Assembly (NCBI GenBank): GCA_950097015.1
Contig: CATNEN010000001.1
Location: forward strand, 13,144,001-13,208,000
Length of the DNA stretch: 64,000 bases
From: Macrostomum hystrix
Lineage: Eukaryota > Animalia > Platyhelminthes
Direction: 5' to 3'
The notes beneath the pieces are model-generated. The model saw only the letters and a list, made by a program, of their open reading frames with translations. It ran no database searches and was not told the DNA's origin. The translations under genes were made by a program, and so were the position numbers. Shown in pieces: positions 35,236 to 46,206 of the stretch. The first letter of the stretch is position 1, and every line of letters begins with the position of its first letter.

Positions 35236-37542
35236 ATGGCTGCCAAGCTCCTGCTGTTGCTGCTGATTTCTGTTGCGGCAATTCCTGTACTAGCATCTTC
35301 TTCTTCTGGTACTGGCACAGCTACCGGTGGCACAGGTGATGGTACAGGTGGCACAGGTAGCGCCGATCATGGAAGCGGACACAGCACTGGAATCAAGGTC
35401 GCCGACTGGCACTGGGAGAGTGTGAAAGTGTACATTGTAATCTCAATGTTCATCATAGTGGTGTGCATCATCAAGGCGTTGTTCCACCACATCCACTGGC
35501 TCACCGAGCTGGTGCCCGAGTCAATCATGCTAATTTTCTTTGGCGTTGGCATTGGAATCATCGTGTTCTTCACCGTCTACAACACCGAGCGCGTCTATTG
35601 GGACTTGACGCCCAACCTCTTCTTCTACATCCTGCTGCCGCCCATCATGCTGGAAGCCGCCTACTCGCTCTATGATCGAACGTTCGGCGAGAACCTCGGC
35701 TCCATTCTCTACTTTGCCGTCGTCGGCACGGTGTTAGCCTTCTTCATGATCGGCTTTGCCCTCTACGGCCTCAGCTGCGCCGGGGCGATGGGCGCCCTCA
35801 GAGTCTCGCTGAAGACCTGCCTGCTGTTCGGCTCCTACATCGTGGCCGTCGATCCAGTGGCCGTGCTCGCCATCTTTCACGATGTCGGCGTTGAACAGGG
35901 CCTGTACTATCTGGTGTTTGGCGAGTCCCTACTAAACGACGCCGTGACTGTGGTGCTGTACAAGACCATGAATGCCTTTATGCCTCTGGAGACCGCCAGC
36001 GCTACGGACATCATTCTCGGAATAATCAGCTTCTTCACCATCAGCCTGGGAGGCCTGCTTATCGGAGTAGTCTGCGGCATCATCTGCTGTTTAATCACGC
36101 GCATCACTTTCAGCGAAAGAGTCGTGGAGCCCCTCGTGATGCTGTCTGTGGCCTACATCAGCTACATGATCGCTGACATGGTGGGCTGGTCAGGTCTCAT
36201 CGCCATCATCAGCTGCGGCATCGTTCAGGCGGCATACGCCTTTCACAATGTCTCGCGCAAGTCCCTAATCACCATCAAGTACTTCAGTAAGATGATTGCC
36301 AGCATCAGCGAAGCGATAATCTTTGTGTACCTAGGCATCGAACTGGTGAAGGGGACTCACGTCTGGCACTGGGGCTTCGCTCTCTGGTCTCTGGCTCTCT
36401 GCCTAGTGGCCCGCTTCATCATCACTTTCGGTTCCAGCGCCGCGTTGAATCGTCTTGGTCGCAAAATTCCCATCAGCCTAACTGAGCAACTCATCATCTC
36501 TTTTGGAGGCCTTCGTGGCGCTGTCGCCTTCGCTCTGGCCACCCTGGTTGAGCAAGAGCTCCTGGTTAAAGCTGACAAGGATGACAACATGCGCGAACGC
36601 CTGCTCACCACCACTTTGTTCATCATCATGTTCACCTGCATTATCGTTGGTGTCATCATCAAGCCGATGGTCAAGTGCCTGAACATCCGTCTGCGCAAGC
36701 GCCCACTAACCAGCGTCTTCCACGAAGTTGTGACACACACCGTTGACCACTTGAACGCCGGCATCGAGGGCATCTGCGGCCACCGTGGAGATTATCGAAT
36801 GCGCGAGTGCTTTGACCGGCTGGACACTCGGTTCTTTCGTCGCATCCTACAGCGAGACCCGCGCACTCAGACGGAGAAGATCGTGGACATGTACCGCAAG
36901 GTGGCTCTTAAGATGCACTACGCAAGCCTAGAAACAGACCAGAAGAAGTCCTCGCACCACCTGTCCGCTCTGGCTCCAGGACTGGCCCGTCGGGTGGCCT
37001 CCGTGGCTTCCATGCAAGACCTTCCTGGCGCCGGGCCGTCCTTTCCAGACCTGGCTTCGCTGGGCGCCTCGGCTGGCGGCGCCGATAGCATTTTATCGAT
37101 GGGTCCGAGCGAAGTCCGTCGCGTGATTGACCACCAGACGCGTCGGGCCTCAGCCCAGGTGCACGCCGGCCTGTCTAAGTCGATCAACTCGGACCAGGAC
37201 GTGACTCGACGCCTGCACGACATACAGTCGCGTTTGGCTCGCGGCCTTCGGCTGCTGCACCGCGGCTCATCCCAGGCCCACAAGCTGGACCGCCAAGGCG
37301 ACGGAGCCGATGCCGGCGCTTCCAATGGTCGCGAGTCTTCGGGCGTCTTTCAGCGCCGCACGTCAGAATCGCCTGCGCAATACGAGCTCAGCCAGCAGAA
37401 GCAGCAGCAACCGGCCATTGGAACTGGCGCCGTTCAGTTCGCTATCGGCGAAGGTCCCGGCGGTGACTCTGAAGCTGCAGCTGGTGGTGGCCGGAGTCAT
37501 GTTAACCGTGGCTTCAACGCCAAGGAGAACACGTCCGTGTAG
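35236..37542 (+). CDS. SLC9A: Na+/H+ exchanger, SLC9A/NHE plasma-membrane type, intronless
   Basis: ATG at 35236 and a hydrophobic signal peptide. Motifs VPESIMLI, FFYILLPPIMLEAAY, AVDPVAVLAIF, FGESLLNDAVTVVLY, GGLRGAVAFALA. Long cytosolic tail. Exact orthologue not assignable. Confidence 0.95.
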   Translation: MAAKLLLLLLISVAAIPVLASSSSGTGTATGGTGDGTGGTGSADHGSGHSTGIKVADWHWESVKVYIVISMFIIVVCIIKALFHHIHWLTELVPESIMLIFFGVGIGIIVFFTVYNTERVYWDLTPNLFFYILLPPIMLEAAYSLYDRTFGENLGSILYFAVVGTVLAFFMIGFALYGLSCAGAMGALRVSLKTCLLFGSYIVAVDPVAVLAIFHDVGVEQGLYYLVFGESLLNDAVTVVLYKTMNAFMPLETASATDIILGIISFFTISLGGLLIGVVCGIICCLITRITFSERVVEPLVMLSVAYISYMIADMVGWSGLIAIISCGIVQAAYAFHNVSRKSLITIKYFSKMIASISEAIIFVYLGIELVKGTHVWHWGFALWSLALCLVARFIITFGSSAALNRLGRKIPISLTEQLIISFGGLRGAVAFALATLVEQELLVKADKDDNMRERLLTTTLFIIMFTCIIVGVIIKPMVKCLNIRLRKRPLTSVFHEVVTHTVDHLNAGIEGICGHRGDYRMRECFDRLDTRFFRRILQRDPRTQTEKIVDMYRKVALKMHYASLETDQKKSSHHLSALAPGLARRVASVASMQDLPGAGPSFPDLASLGASAGGADSILSMGPSEVRRVIDHQTRRASAQVHAGLSKSINSDQDVTRRLHDIQSRLARGLRLLHRGSSQAHKLDRQGDGADAGASNGRESSGVFQRRTSESPAQYELSQQKQQQPAIGTGAVQFAIGEGPGGDSEAAAGGGRSHVNRGFNAKENTSV

Positions 37543-38799
37543 GAGTTGTGTGTTCTGTGAAGCCGCTTTGATCATCAAGGGTACTTCTTCTTTTGCTTAT
37601 CAGTTCGAAGTAGACCTGTCTGCACCGAATGAGCTATGTACTTTTACACTGCATGTCCTGTGTACCCTTTTGGTGACGCAATAATTCGCGATCACAAACG
37701 CAAAAAAAACAAAATGAAAATCTCACGAGACTCAATAATTGTTGCTAAGGCCTGTATAGCTCCCAGTACTAAAACATAACTTTTCCCTGGCTAATGGTGC
37801 ATGTAGCTTTCGTAGAAACCTCTCTTGTTCTTCTTTTAATAAAATTTTTCATGTCTGCTTTTTTTCATGTGTCATTTAAAAAGCCAACTAAAAATACACA
37901 GTTTAATTTAGCTTTAATTTAACTCAAAAAATATACGACTTCTAGACTATTGCAGAAAAATACTGTTCTAGGTTGCTGCTGCTGCTGATTATTTCTGGTA
38001 TTAATTAAAAGCTGCAACCATGCAGAGGATTGATGAGTGTCTGACTGGCAACAGATCAGATTCTCGCGCCAAGGTACCGAGCTCGATTCCGCGACGAGAT
38101 CTATAAATTGTATAAAAACGGTAATCAATGTGATTTTTAACGTCAGTGTGTGCCTTGCAGGTTTCGGATCTATTATGTCACCAATTGATGCCAGCAGTCC
38201 CTGAAAAGTATGAATATTATTATAACAAATAATAGGCAGGAAGTACAGTCAATGTCACAGCCGAAGAAATGTCAAACTGGTAAATCCAAAGTGGAAGAAG
38301 CCAGCTGAAAATACATTAGTGTCCCACATCAGAAAGTTTTTTTAAGTTATTTCCGTGAGAATTTTCCGTGTTTGAAAAACTGCGAAAGCTAATGAAATTC
38401 GTCTGTCTGCCCGCCTCTCTTGGCAAAGGTCGGTCGGCTAATTAATTAATTTCCTGCCAATAATTGGGCCAGGCCAGGGACACCCGGCTTTGCCAGCTAA
38501 TTAAACTGAGGCTCTGCGGATCACTGCCTATACTGTACGTGAGTGTGCGAGTCTGTCCATTGCGACTCGGACAGACGGAAATCGAACCGAAAAAGTATTT
38601 GGAGTAACAGCCGGAGAATATATAAGTTATAAAAAATGAAAGGACAAAGGTAATTAAAAAAGATGGTAACTAAACAAGAACTATGAGTAGTCAGTCTGCT
38701 GCGTGGGTGGGTGACTCGGCTTAACGTCCGGCTTGCACACCTGCAACGCTTGGAGTTCGAATCTCTCCCCCGTCTCGTCACTCCCTTCGTCTTATCTTA

Positions 38800-39667
38800 T
38801 CTCTCCCTGTCTCACCATTCCCGTGTCTTAACTATCCATGTCTCACATTTCCCGTGTCTTAACTCTCCCTGTCTTACCTTTCCCGTGTCTTAACTCTCCC
38901 TGTCTCACCTATCCCGTGTCTTAACTCTCCCTGTCTCACCTTTCCCGTGTCTTAACTATCCATGTCTCACATTTCCCGTGTCTTAACTCTCCCTGTCTTA
39001 CCTTTCCCGTGTCTTAACTCTCCCTGTCTCACCTTTCCCGTGTCTTAACTCTCACTGTCTCACCTTTCGCGTGTCTCACCTTTCCCGTGTCTTAACTCTC
39101 ACTGTCTCACCTTTCCCGTGTCTTAACTCTCCCTGTCTCACCTTTCCCGTGTCTTAACTCTCACTGTCTCACCTTTCCCGTGTCTCACCTTTCCCGTGTC
39201 TTAACTCTCACTGTCTCACCTTTCCCGTGTCTTAACTCTCCCTGTCTTACCTTTCCCGTGTCTTAACTCTCCCTGCCTCACCTTTCCCGTGTCTTAACTC
39301 TCCCTGTCTCACCTTTCCCGTGTCTTAACTCTCCCTGTCTCACCTTTCCCGTGTCTTAACTCTCCCTGTCTCACCTTTCCCGTATCTAACTCTCCCTGTC
39401 TCACCTTTCCCGTGTCTTAACTCTCCCTGTCTCACCTTTCCCGTATCTAACTCTCCCTGTCTCACCTTTCCCGTGTCTCACCTTTCCCGTGTCTTAACTC
39501 TCCCTGTCTCACCTTTCCTGTGTCTTAACTCTCCCTGTCTCACCTTTCCCGTATCTAACTCTCCCTGTCTCACCTTTCCCGTGCCTCACCTTTCCCGTGT
39601 CTCACCTTTCCCGTGTCTCACCTTTCCCGTGTCTTAACTCTCCCTGTCTCACCTTTCCCGTGTCTTA
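38800..39667. repeat. ~31-bp pyrimidine-rich minisatellite (CTCACCTTTCCCGTGTCTTAACTCTCCCTGT)
   Basis: Direct tandem repetition with 16-bp sub-unit slippage. Confidence 0.96.
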
Positions 39668-40378
39668 TTTCTTCCCAGGAGAGGGAGGATAAGATTTATC
39701 TAAAAAAGCAAGTCTTCAAAAAAAAATTTTTGTTTAAAAATCAGAATTAAATTTATTTACGCAAACCTGTTTAAAAAACCTACTTTTAGTTTAAGTAGCA
39801 GAAAAGAAAAAACGAGTAAAAATGTTGAATTCTACTGAAAAGTTTTAGGAAGCACAGTAGTAAATAGGAGAATGTAGTGAAATTTTGTTAAACAATAATG
39901 TGTAATTAAACATTCCTTTGGCTAATTATTGAGAACAGACAGACACAATTTACAGCCCAGAATAATGTGAGGTCGATGATTTTCAACTGCAGTTGAGTTT
40001 CGCCCAAAAGATATGACAAACAGACTACTTATAAGTAGTACAAGTGCGCGGCTAAATACACAGCAGTCACATGTGTATCTGTCACAATCTAACAGGCAAC
40101 GCATTGCCAAAAAACGCTAATGTGTTTTAACAAAAACTTCTTGGATAAATCACTTTTGAAAATATGTAAGACAGAATTTTATTAAAGTTGAACTTACAAG
40201 TAAATCTTATATTGAGCATTAAAAAAAGAATTTTATTGTGAAATTTAAATGTGGCTAAAATATTAATAGCACGACGTTAAATATGACAGTAACACATTTT
40301 TAATTTAACTTCCTTCGCATCAAATTTCTGTGAGATTTAAATTCTTCCCTTATGGGGGCACACAGATCCCCAAAAATT

Positions 40379-41104
40379 TGGGATCTGGATACTCAATGAT
40401 GTGGGATCTGGATACTCAATGATGTGGGATCTGGATACTCAATGATGTGGGATCTGGATACTCAATGATGTGGGATCTGGATACTCAATGATGTGGGATC
40501 TGGATACTCAATGATGTGGGATCTGGATCATCAATGATGTGGGATCTGGATCATCAATGATGTGGGATCTGGATCATCAATGATGTGGGATCTGGATACT
40601 CAATGATGTGGGATCTGGATCATCAATGATGTGGGATCTGGATACTCAATGATGTGGGATCTGGATACTCAATGATGTGGGATCTGGATACTCAATGATG
40701 TGGGATCTGGATACTCAATGATGTGGGATCTGGATCATCAATGATGTGGGATCTGGATACTCAATGATGTGGGATCTGGATACTCAATGATGTGGGATCT
40801 GGATACTCAATGATGTGGGATCTGGATACTCAATGATGTGGGATCTGGATACTCAATGATGTGGGATCTGGATACTCAATGATGTGGGATCTGGATACTC
40901 AATGATGTGGGATCTGGATACTCAATGATGTGGGATCTGGATACTCAATGATGTGGGATCTGGATACTCAATGATGTGGGATCTGGATCATCAATGATGT
41001 GGGGTCTGGATACTCAATGATGTGGGATCTGGATCATCAATGATGTGGGATCTGGATACTCAATGATGTGGGATCTGGATCATCAATGATGTGGGATCTG
41101 GATC
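40379..41104. repeat. 23-bp minisatellite (GGGATCTGGATACTCAATGATGT)
   Basis: About 31 units in two variants (TAC/TCA), just 3' of OSTF1. Confidence 0.97.
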
Positions 41105-41264
41105 CCCATCATAATATTTCCATAGGACAGATAGGACAGGGACAGCCAGTACAAACAGTTGTACAAAGTACAAACAGTTCATGCTGCAGTATCAATAAAT
41201 AAAAGTACAACCAGTCAGGATGACAGTCAGCCAGTTCAATTACTGAAAAGCAGAGGGAATCACC

Positions 41265-44200
41265 TCAATCTGAATCTTCCCCGTCGTCGGAATCCTCGTA
41301 GGTGACTTCAGCCGTGGAGGCGATGCGGCCAGATGACTGTCTGACGGCGCGCAGCAGAGCCGCTTTCACCTCCGCATCCTTGGCTAGAACTGACGGAGTC
41401 TCGCCTTGCCGGTTCTTCACAGACAAGCTGGCCGACGCTGCGCCTGCGGGCACCTGGGCGTCACCGAACAGCAGCAGGTCCACGACCGAAGAATGGCTCT
41501 TCCAGGCTGCCAGATGCAGAGCCGTGTCTCCTGACTTGTTCTGGGGGACATTGTCACAGTGGTGGTGGAGTCAGCTGATGCGACTGACGTGGTGTCAGGT
41601 GATGGGACTGAGGTGGAATCAGCTGATGGAACTGAGGTGGTGTCAGCTGATGGAACTGAGGTGGTGTCAGCTGATGGAACTGAGGTGGTGTCAGGTGATG
41701 GGACTGAGGTGGTGTCAGGTGATGGAACTGAGGTGGTGTCAGGTGATGGGACTGAGGTGGTGTCAGGTGATGGGACTGAGGTGGTGTCAGCTGGTGGAAC
41801 TGAGGTGGTGTCAGGTGATGGGACTGAGGTGGTGTCAGGTGATGGGACTGAGGTGGTGTCAGCTGGGACTGAGGTGGTGTCAGGTGATGGGACTGAGGTG
41901 GTGTCAGGTGATGGGACTGAGGTGGTGTCAGCTTGGACTGAGGTAGTGTCAGGTGATGGGACTGAGGTGGTGTCAGGTGATGGGACTGAGGTGGTGTCAG
42001 CTGGGACTGAGGTGGTGTCAGCAGGGACTGAGGTGGTGTCAGCAGAGGTGACATTCCATCTATTCCAAGTTAGCCTCACCTGAGTGTTGGCATCGCAGCC
42101 AGCATGCAGCAGCAGTCTCACGCAGTCGGTGTGACCGCCCCGACATGCCCAGTGTAGGGGTGTGTTGCCAGCTGCGTCAAGTCCATTAACTGAGACCTGG
42201 ATTAAAACGTTTCATCGATAGTCGATATATATATATTCGATAGTAGCCATGTCAGCAATAGGTGACCTACCTTGTTAGCAATGAGCTCAGCAAGGAATGC
42301 CACGTTGCCATATTGGCAGGCTGAGTGCATTGGCTGTGGCACTGCTTCAGTCTGTTCCTCCACTGTTGGTAAAAATTTTCAATGGAAATGTATTTAGGCT
42401 AATCATTATCCACATGTAAACTATAAAAAACATTTTAGACTGACCATAGTTGCTGGGGATAAGGCCAACAGCGGAGCCACACCTGGCAGTGTACCAATCT
42501 TTATTAGTGCTGTCAACTAGGTACAGTATATCTCCAGCATCAAATGACAGCTCATCTTTCTGGTATAAAGTTGAAAAGACAAAATTAATTATAGTTGAAT
42601 GGATATGATAGATGTTATTGATTAGTAATTGTTCACTTACTGCTTGTGCAGTGTAGTTGTACAGGGCTTTGATCACCCGAACTTGGCCTAAAAAATAAAG
42701 CATTTGTACCTTTTAAACTGAGCATAGTGGAGTCTTGTAGACAAAACAAATAATGTATGACAGTAAACCTAGCCTATCTTCTATTCATATGAAGGCATCA
42801 TATTGGAACATAAAAGTATACAACTGCAATAACTATAAACTACAAAAATAGACAAGTACAATTTTTTTGGTAATTATGCATAATTATGCATAGTAAAAAA
42901 CAAAAATATTCATAAGCAGAATAAAAGTAAAAAAGCTAGTTACAAAAATTATAAATGCAGAACAACCTTCAGAAAGCTCTAAGAATGTTGCTAACACCAT
43001 TAGAAAAAAATATTATAATTATGGTTACAGTTTTTGTGTATGCTTTGAAATTATTCTTTTGGTGTTTCATGAAACATTGAAAAATGTTCATCAAATTTGG
43101 TAGAATCATAGTAACTTCAACTTTTTGTACAGATTTACAACTACACTTGCACAAATCTACTTGATATTTTTATCTGCAATCAAGATACAATTATTTAGTT
43201 ATATGGTTATTTAGTTCTCAAAGACTATACGTTGACAATGTATAGGCCTATTGTAGACCCACTAAAAGACAGGGTAAAGTTTAAAGTCAATTGGAAAATC
43301 TGAGGTATTTTATAATACTTGAGTCTAAGAATCCCAACCTTCATTAAAACATTCAAGAGCAGATGATCATGAATGATAAATGCTTTTAGCAAATGTGTTG
43401 TGACCCTGTTATGCATATGTTCCACTTTTTCTTGTAGTCCTAAAGGAGACACTGTTATATAGTGGCTAATTAAATTTTTAGACAACCAATATGGCTGTCT
43501 CTTGTCTGCTATTAAAGTAACTAGTTTTTTAAAATAAACTATATAAACTTGTCAGCCATAATGACAATTAAAACAAAGTCATCTGCAACAGCTTTTATGG
43601 TCACAAAAGATTGTATTGTTTAAATATTGAAATTTTTCACTTTTTTCTTTCTGCAATTCTTAGTTAAAAACTTGCTAGGCCTACATATCATGGTAGAACT
43701 AAGGAAGCTTGTTGCACATTTTAGAGACCACCCCTGTTGTCCTATAGCAAAAATAGATTTCAAATTTTGTAGAAATTCTAATAGGGTATATGATCATGAT
43801 GTCATGAAAACTGTAGCTTTACAACATAGTTCTCAAGGCTACATTTCTAAAGCACAACCATAGTCAGGAAGGTGGCACAGCATGCACTAGAAAAAAATTT
43901 GGAGGGACAATCTGTGTGCCATCTGTGCACTGTCTAGGGCCTATGTGCTGTTTCTGTCCACTAGGGCCTAACCCTGACCCTACACAGAAATGCACCCTAT
44001 TTTAATCCGAGACCCTTTGTGTGCGCTGCACTTGTGCACCAATGTGCCCTGAGACCCTTTGTGTGCGCGGGAATTTCCCCCTCAAAGGCCACCTTCCTGA
44101 CAATGGAAGCACAAGAAAATTGACATGTACAGCTACACTAGGCTACACTAGGCCTAGGCAGTATGATATTTTATTGCTCTACAGTTGTGATCAAATGTAA

Positions 44201-44447
44201 ACAAAAAGTATTCTAAATATGAATCAGTATCTATCAGGTAAGTTACCAAGATCATTTGAGTGTATAAATAATAAAATCAATTAGGATAAAACATAGTCGA
44301 AATTCGATTTTAGTTTATTCCGCCCATCGACTTTTTGGTGCAGGACTGCAGGTCTAATACAAGAGCAAGAACACAAGAGCAAAATAAATTGATAAAGACT
44401 AAATACAGACCTGGTTTCGGAGGCAAAATAGGTTTTTGAGCAGCCAT
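41265..44447 (-). CDS. OSTF1: Osteoclast-stimulating factor 1 (Pro-rich, SH3, ankyrin repeats, acidic tail), 6 exons
   Basis: Exons 44447-44411 (MAAQKPILPPKP), 42687-42641 (GQVRVIKALYNYTAQA), 42559-42445 (KDELSFDAGD..W..GLIPSNY), 42362-42271 (VEEQTEAVPQPMHSACQYGN), 42196-42080 (VSVNGLDAAGNTPLHWACRGGH) and 41540-41265 (NKSGDTALHLAAWK..YEDSDDGEDSD*). All GT-AG and in frame. Confidence 0.95.
41560..42050. repeat. 24-bp minisatellite (GAGGTGGTGTCAGGTGATGGGACT) filling OSTF1 intron 5
   Basis: About 20 units, occupying most of the 41541-42079 intron. Confidence 0.96.
43865..44099. mobile_element. MITE with 12-14-bp TIRs (CAGGAAGGTGGC...GCCACCTTCCTG), possibly hAT-derived
   Basis: Perfect inverted termini. 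The flanking 8-mers ACCATAGT and ACAATGGA match only 5/8, so a TSD is uncertain. Confidence 0.55.
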
Positions 44448-46206
44448 TACTTAATGTTGGTAAGAAGGCTTTGAAAATTGTATAAATTTTGTAAACGCAA
44501 AAGGATTTTTGGTTATTTAATATTATATTAACATACGCTTGATGGAGACCCGGCTTTCTTAGAAAATAAGTATATTTAAAATTTTACGTCTTCAAATAAT
44601 TGAAAGCAACATGTTGAAAGTACAAGAATGGCATGCGAGCGTCAGGGGTATGACAGGGGGTATTCAAAAGTAACTAAACACCATCTAAACAGGCTACTCA
44701 TACCCCTTTCTGTATTAAGGCTATGCTAGTAGTGTCCGGTTTTATTTTATCCAAGGACCACTAGATGAAGACTTCTTCTTGCTTCAAGTGCAGTGGGTTT
44801 GATTTGTCTCACAATCAGAATTATTAAAATATTCAAATGGTTTTATACTCCTATCTGGTTAAAATTTAAAGAGCTATTGTATAATTTGCAATTGCCAGAA
44901 GCTTTTAGTATAGGGTTTGGGTTTTGTTTTTCTCTTTATGGAAACTAAGAATAAAGCGATATTTTAAAGGATCACGAAAGCAGCTATTTTCTAAAAATGT
45001 ACTGAAGTATGTATGTATAGCAGAGTTATATTTCTTATCCGCTATAAAAAGCAAAAATATCGCTAGTTATTGAATATTGACAATGCAATAACACTATTAT
45101 TCATATATTGTATTCTACAATTATTGTATCGTTTGCTATATGGTTTGCAAGCGCACAAGACTTTGCGAGCTACGTGATTATTATGACTCGAGTACTCTAA
45201 AAATATATATCAATTAAAAAGCGAAAAAAACAATATTCTTCCACCGTCTAGTCATGAGCTTCTACGCTTCTACGCTTCTAAGGCTGAGAAGTGGATTTGA
45301 ATCTGATTGGTCCGTCACATGTTCAAGATTACATGTTATTAAGATGCGAGATATAAGCAAATAACTTAATAAGTGTAGTCCAAAATGATGTGACTTTTTA
45401 GTTAGGGCTTACTTTATATGCTTATAATTGCAGTTCAAAGCAGGCTTCACCACATAACAGTTTTATGTGACCAAGTTGATTGACCTGATAAACGTAATTA
45501 AAGTCTAAAAGAGACTATTTACTATACTTATTCATAGTTACTTATGTATTGTTTTTGTTTTTTGTTACTTATGTTAATTAGTAATCTTAAGTACTACCAT
45601 ATTTTTGGACCATTTCTTTAAACAACATGACGTTGAATTAACTGAGGCTTTGTCAAAGACATGTTTTTGAGCCAATATTGTAATTAGGTTATATATGCTT
45701 AAAAACAAAACTTTTATTTCTGTTTCTTACTATTGTCTTACAGAAACATAGGCCCCCTACTATTGACGTACAATGTACCATTTATTTTCATTTCAAAACT
45801 TTCTTTACCATAAGTTTTACTTAAGTAACAGATTTTGGAACCAGAAATAAATCATTATTTTTGTTTGTTTACCTTCTTACAGAAAAGCAATCAACCTGTT
45901 ATAAAATTCAGTTTTTATTTTTTATGTTTGAACTCACTTTGCTTAAGAAGGTGTTCGATGAATCACACATAGGTATTACTTTGTTGAGATAAGTGTGTCA
46001 GTTGGCACCATCCTGTAGTTGGACAATGCCCTGGTCCACTGAGGCTGGGAGCACAATGCTTTACTTGCTTGTTGACTAGTTTATGTTGCATCAAGTGCTG
46101 ATTGTTGTTTTGGCATCAGCTACCACTGCCAGGCCCGTTGATTAGCTAACTGTAAACAATATACCTAGATTACATCTTCATATTTTTTCTTATTGCAGCC
46201 TGCAAG

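Noticed and set aside
41417-42121. Mucin-like (SPDTTSVP)n ORF continuing from an OSTF1 exon
   Set aside because: It lies within a clean GT-AG intron whose removal restores the ankyrin repeat.
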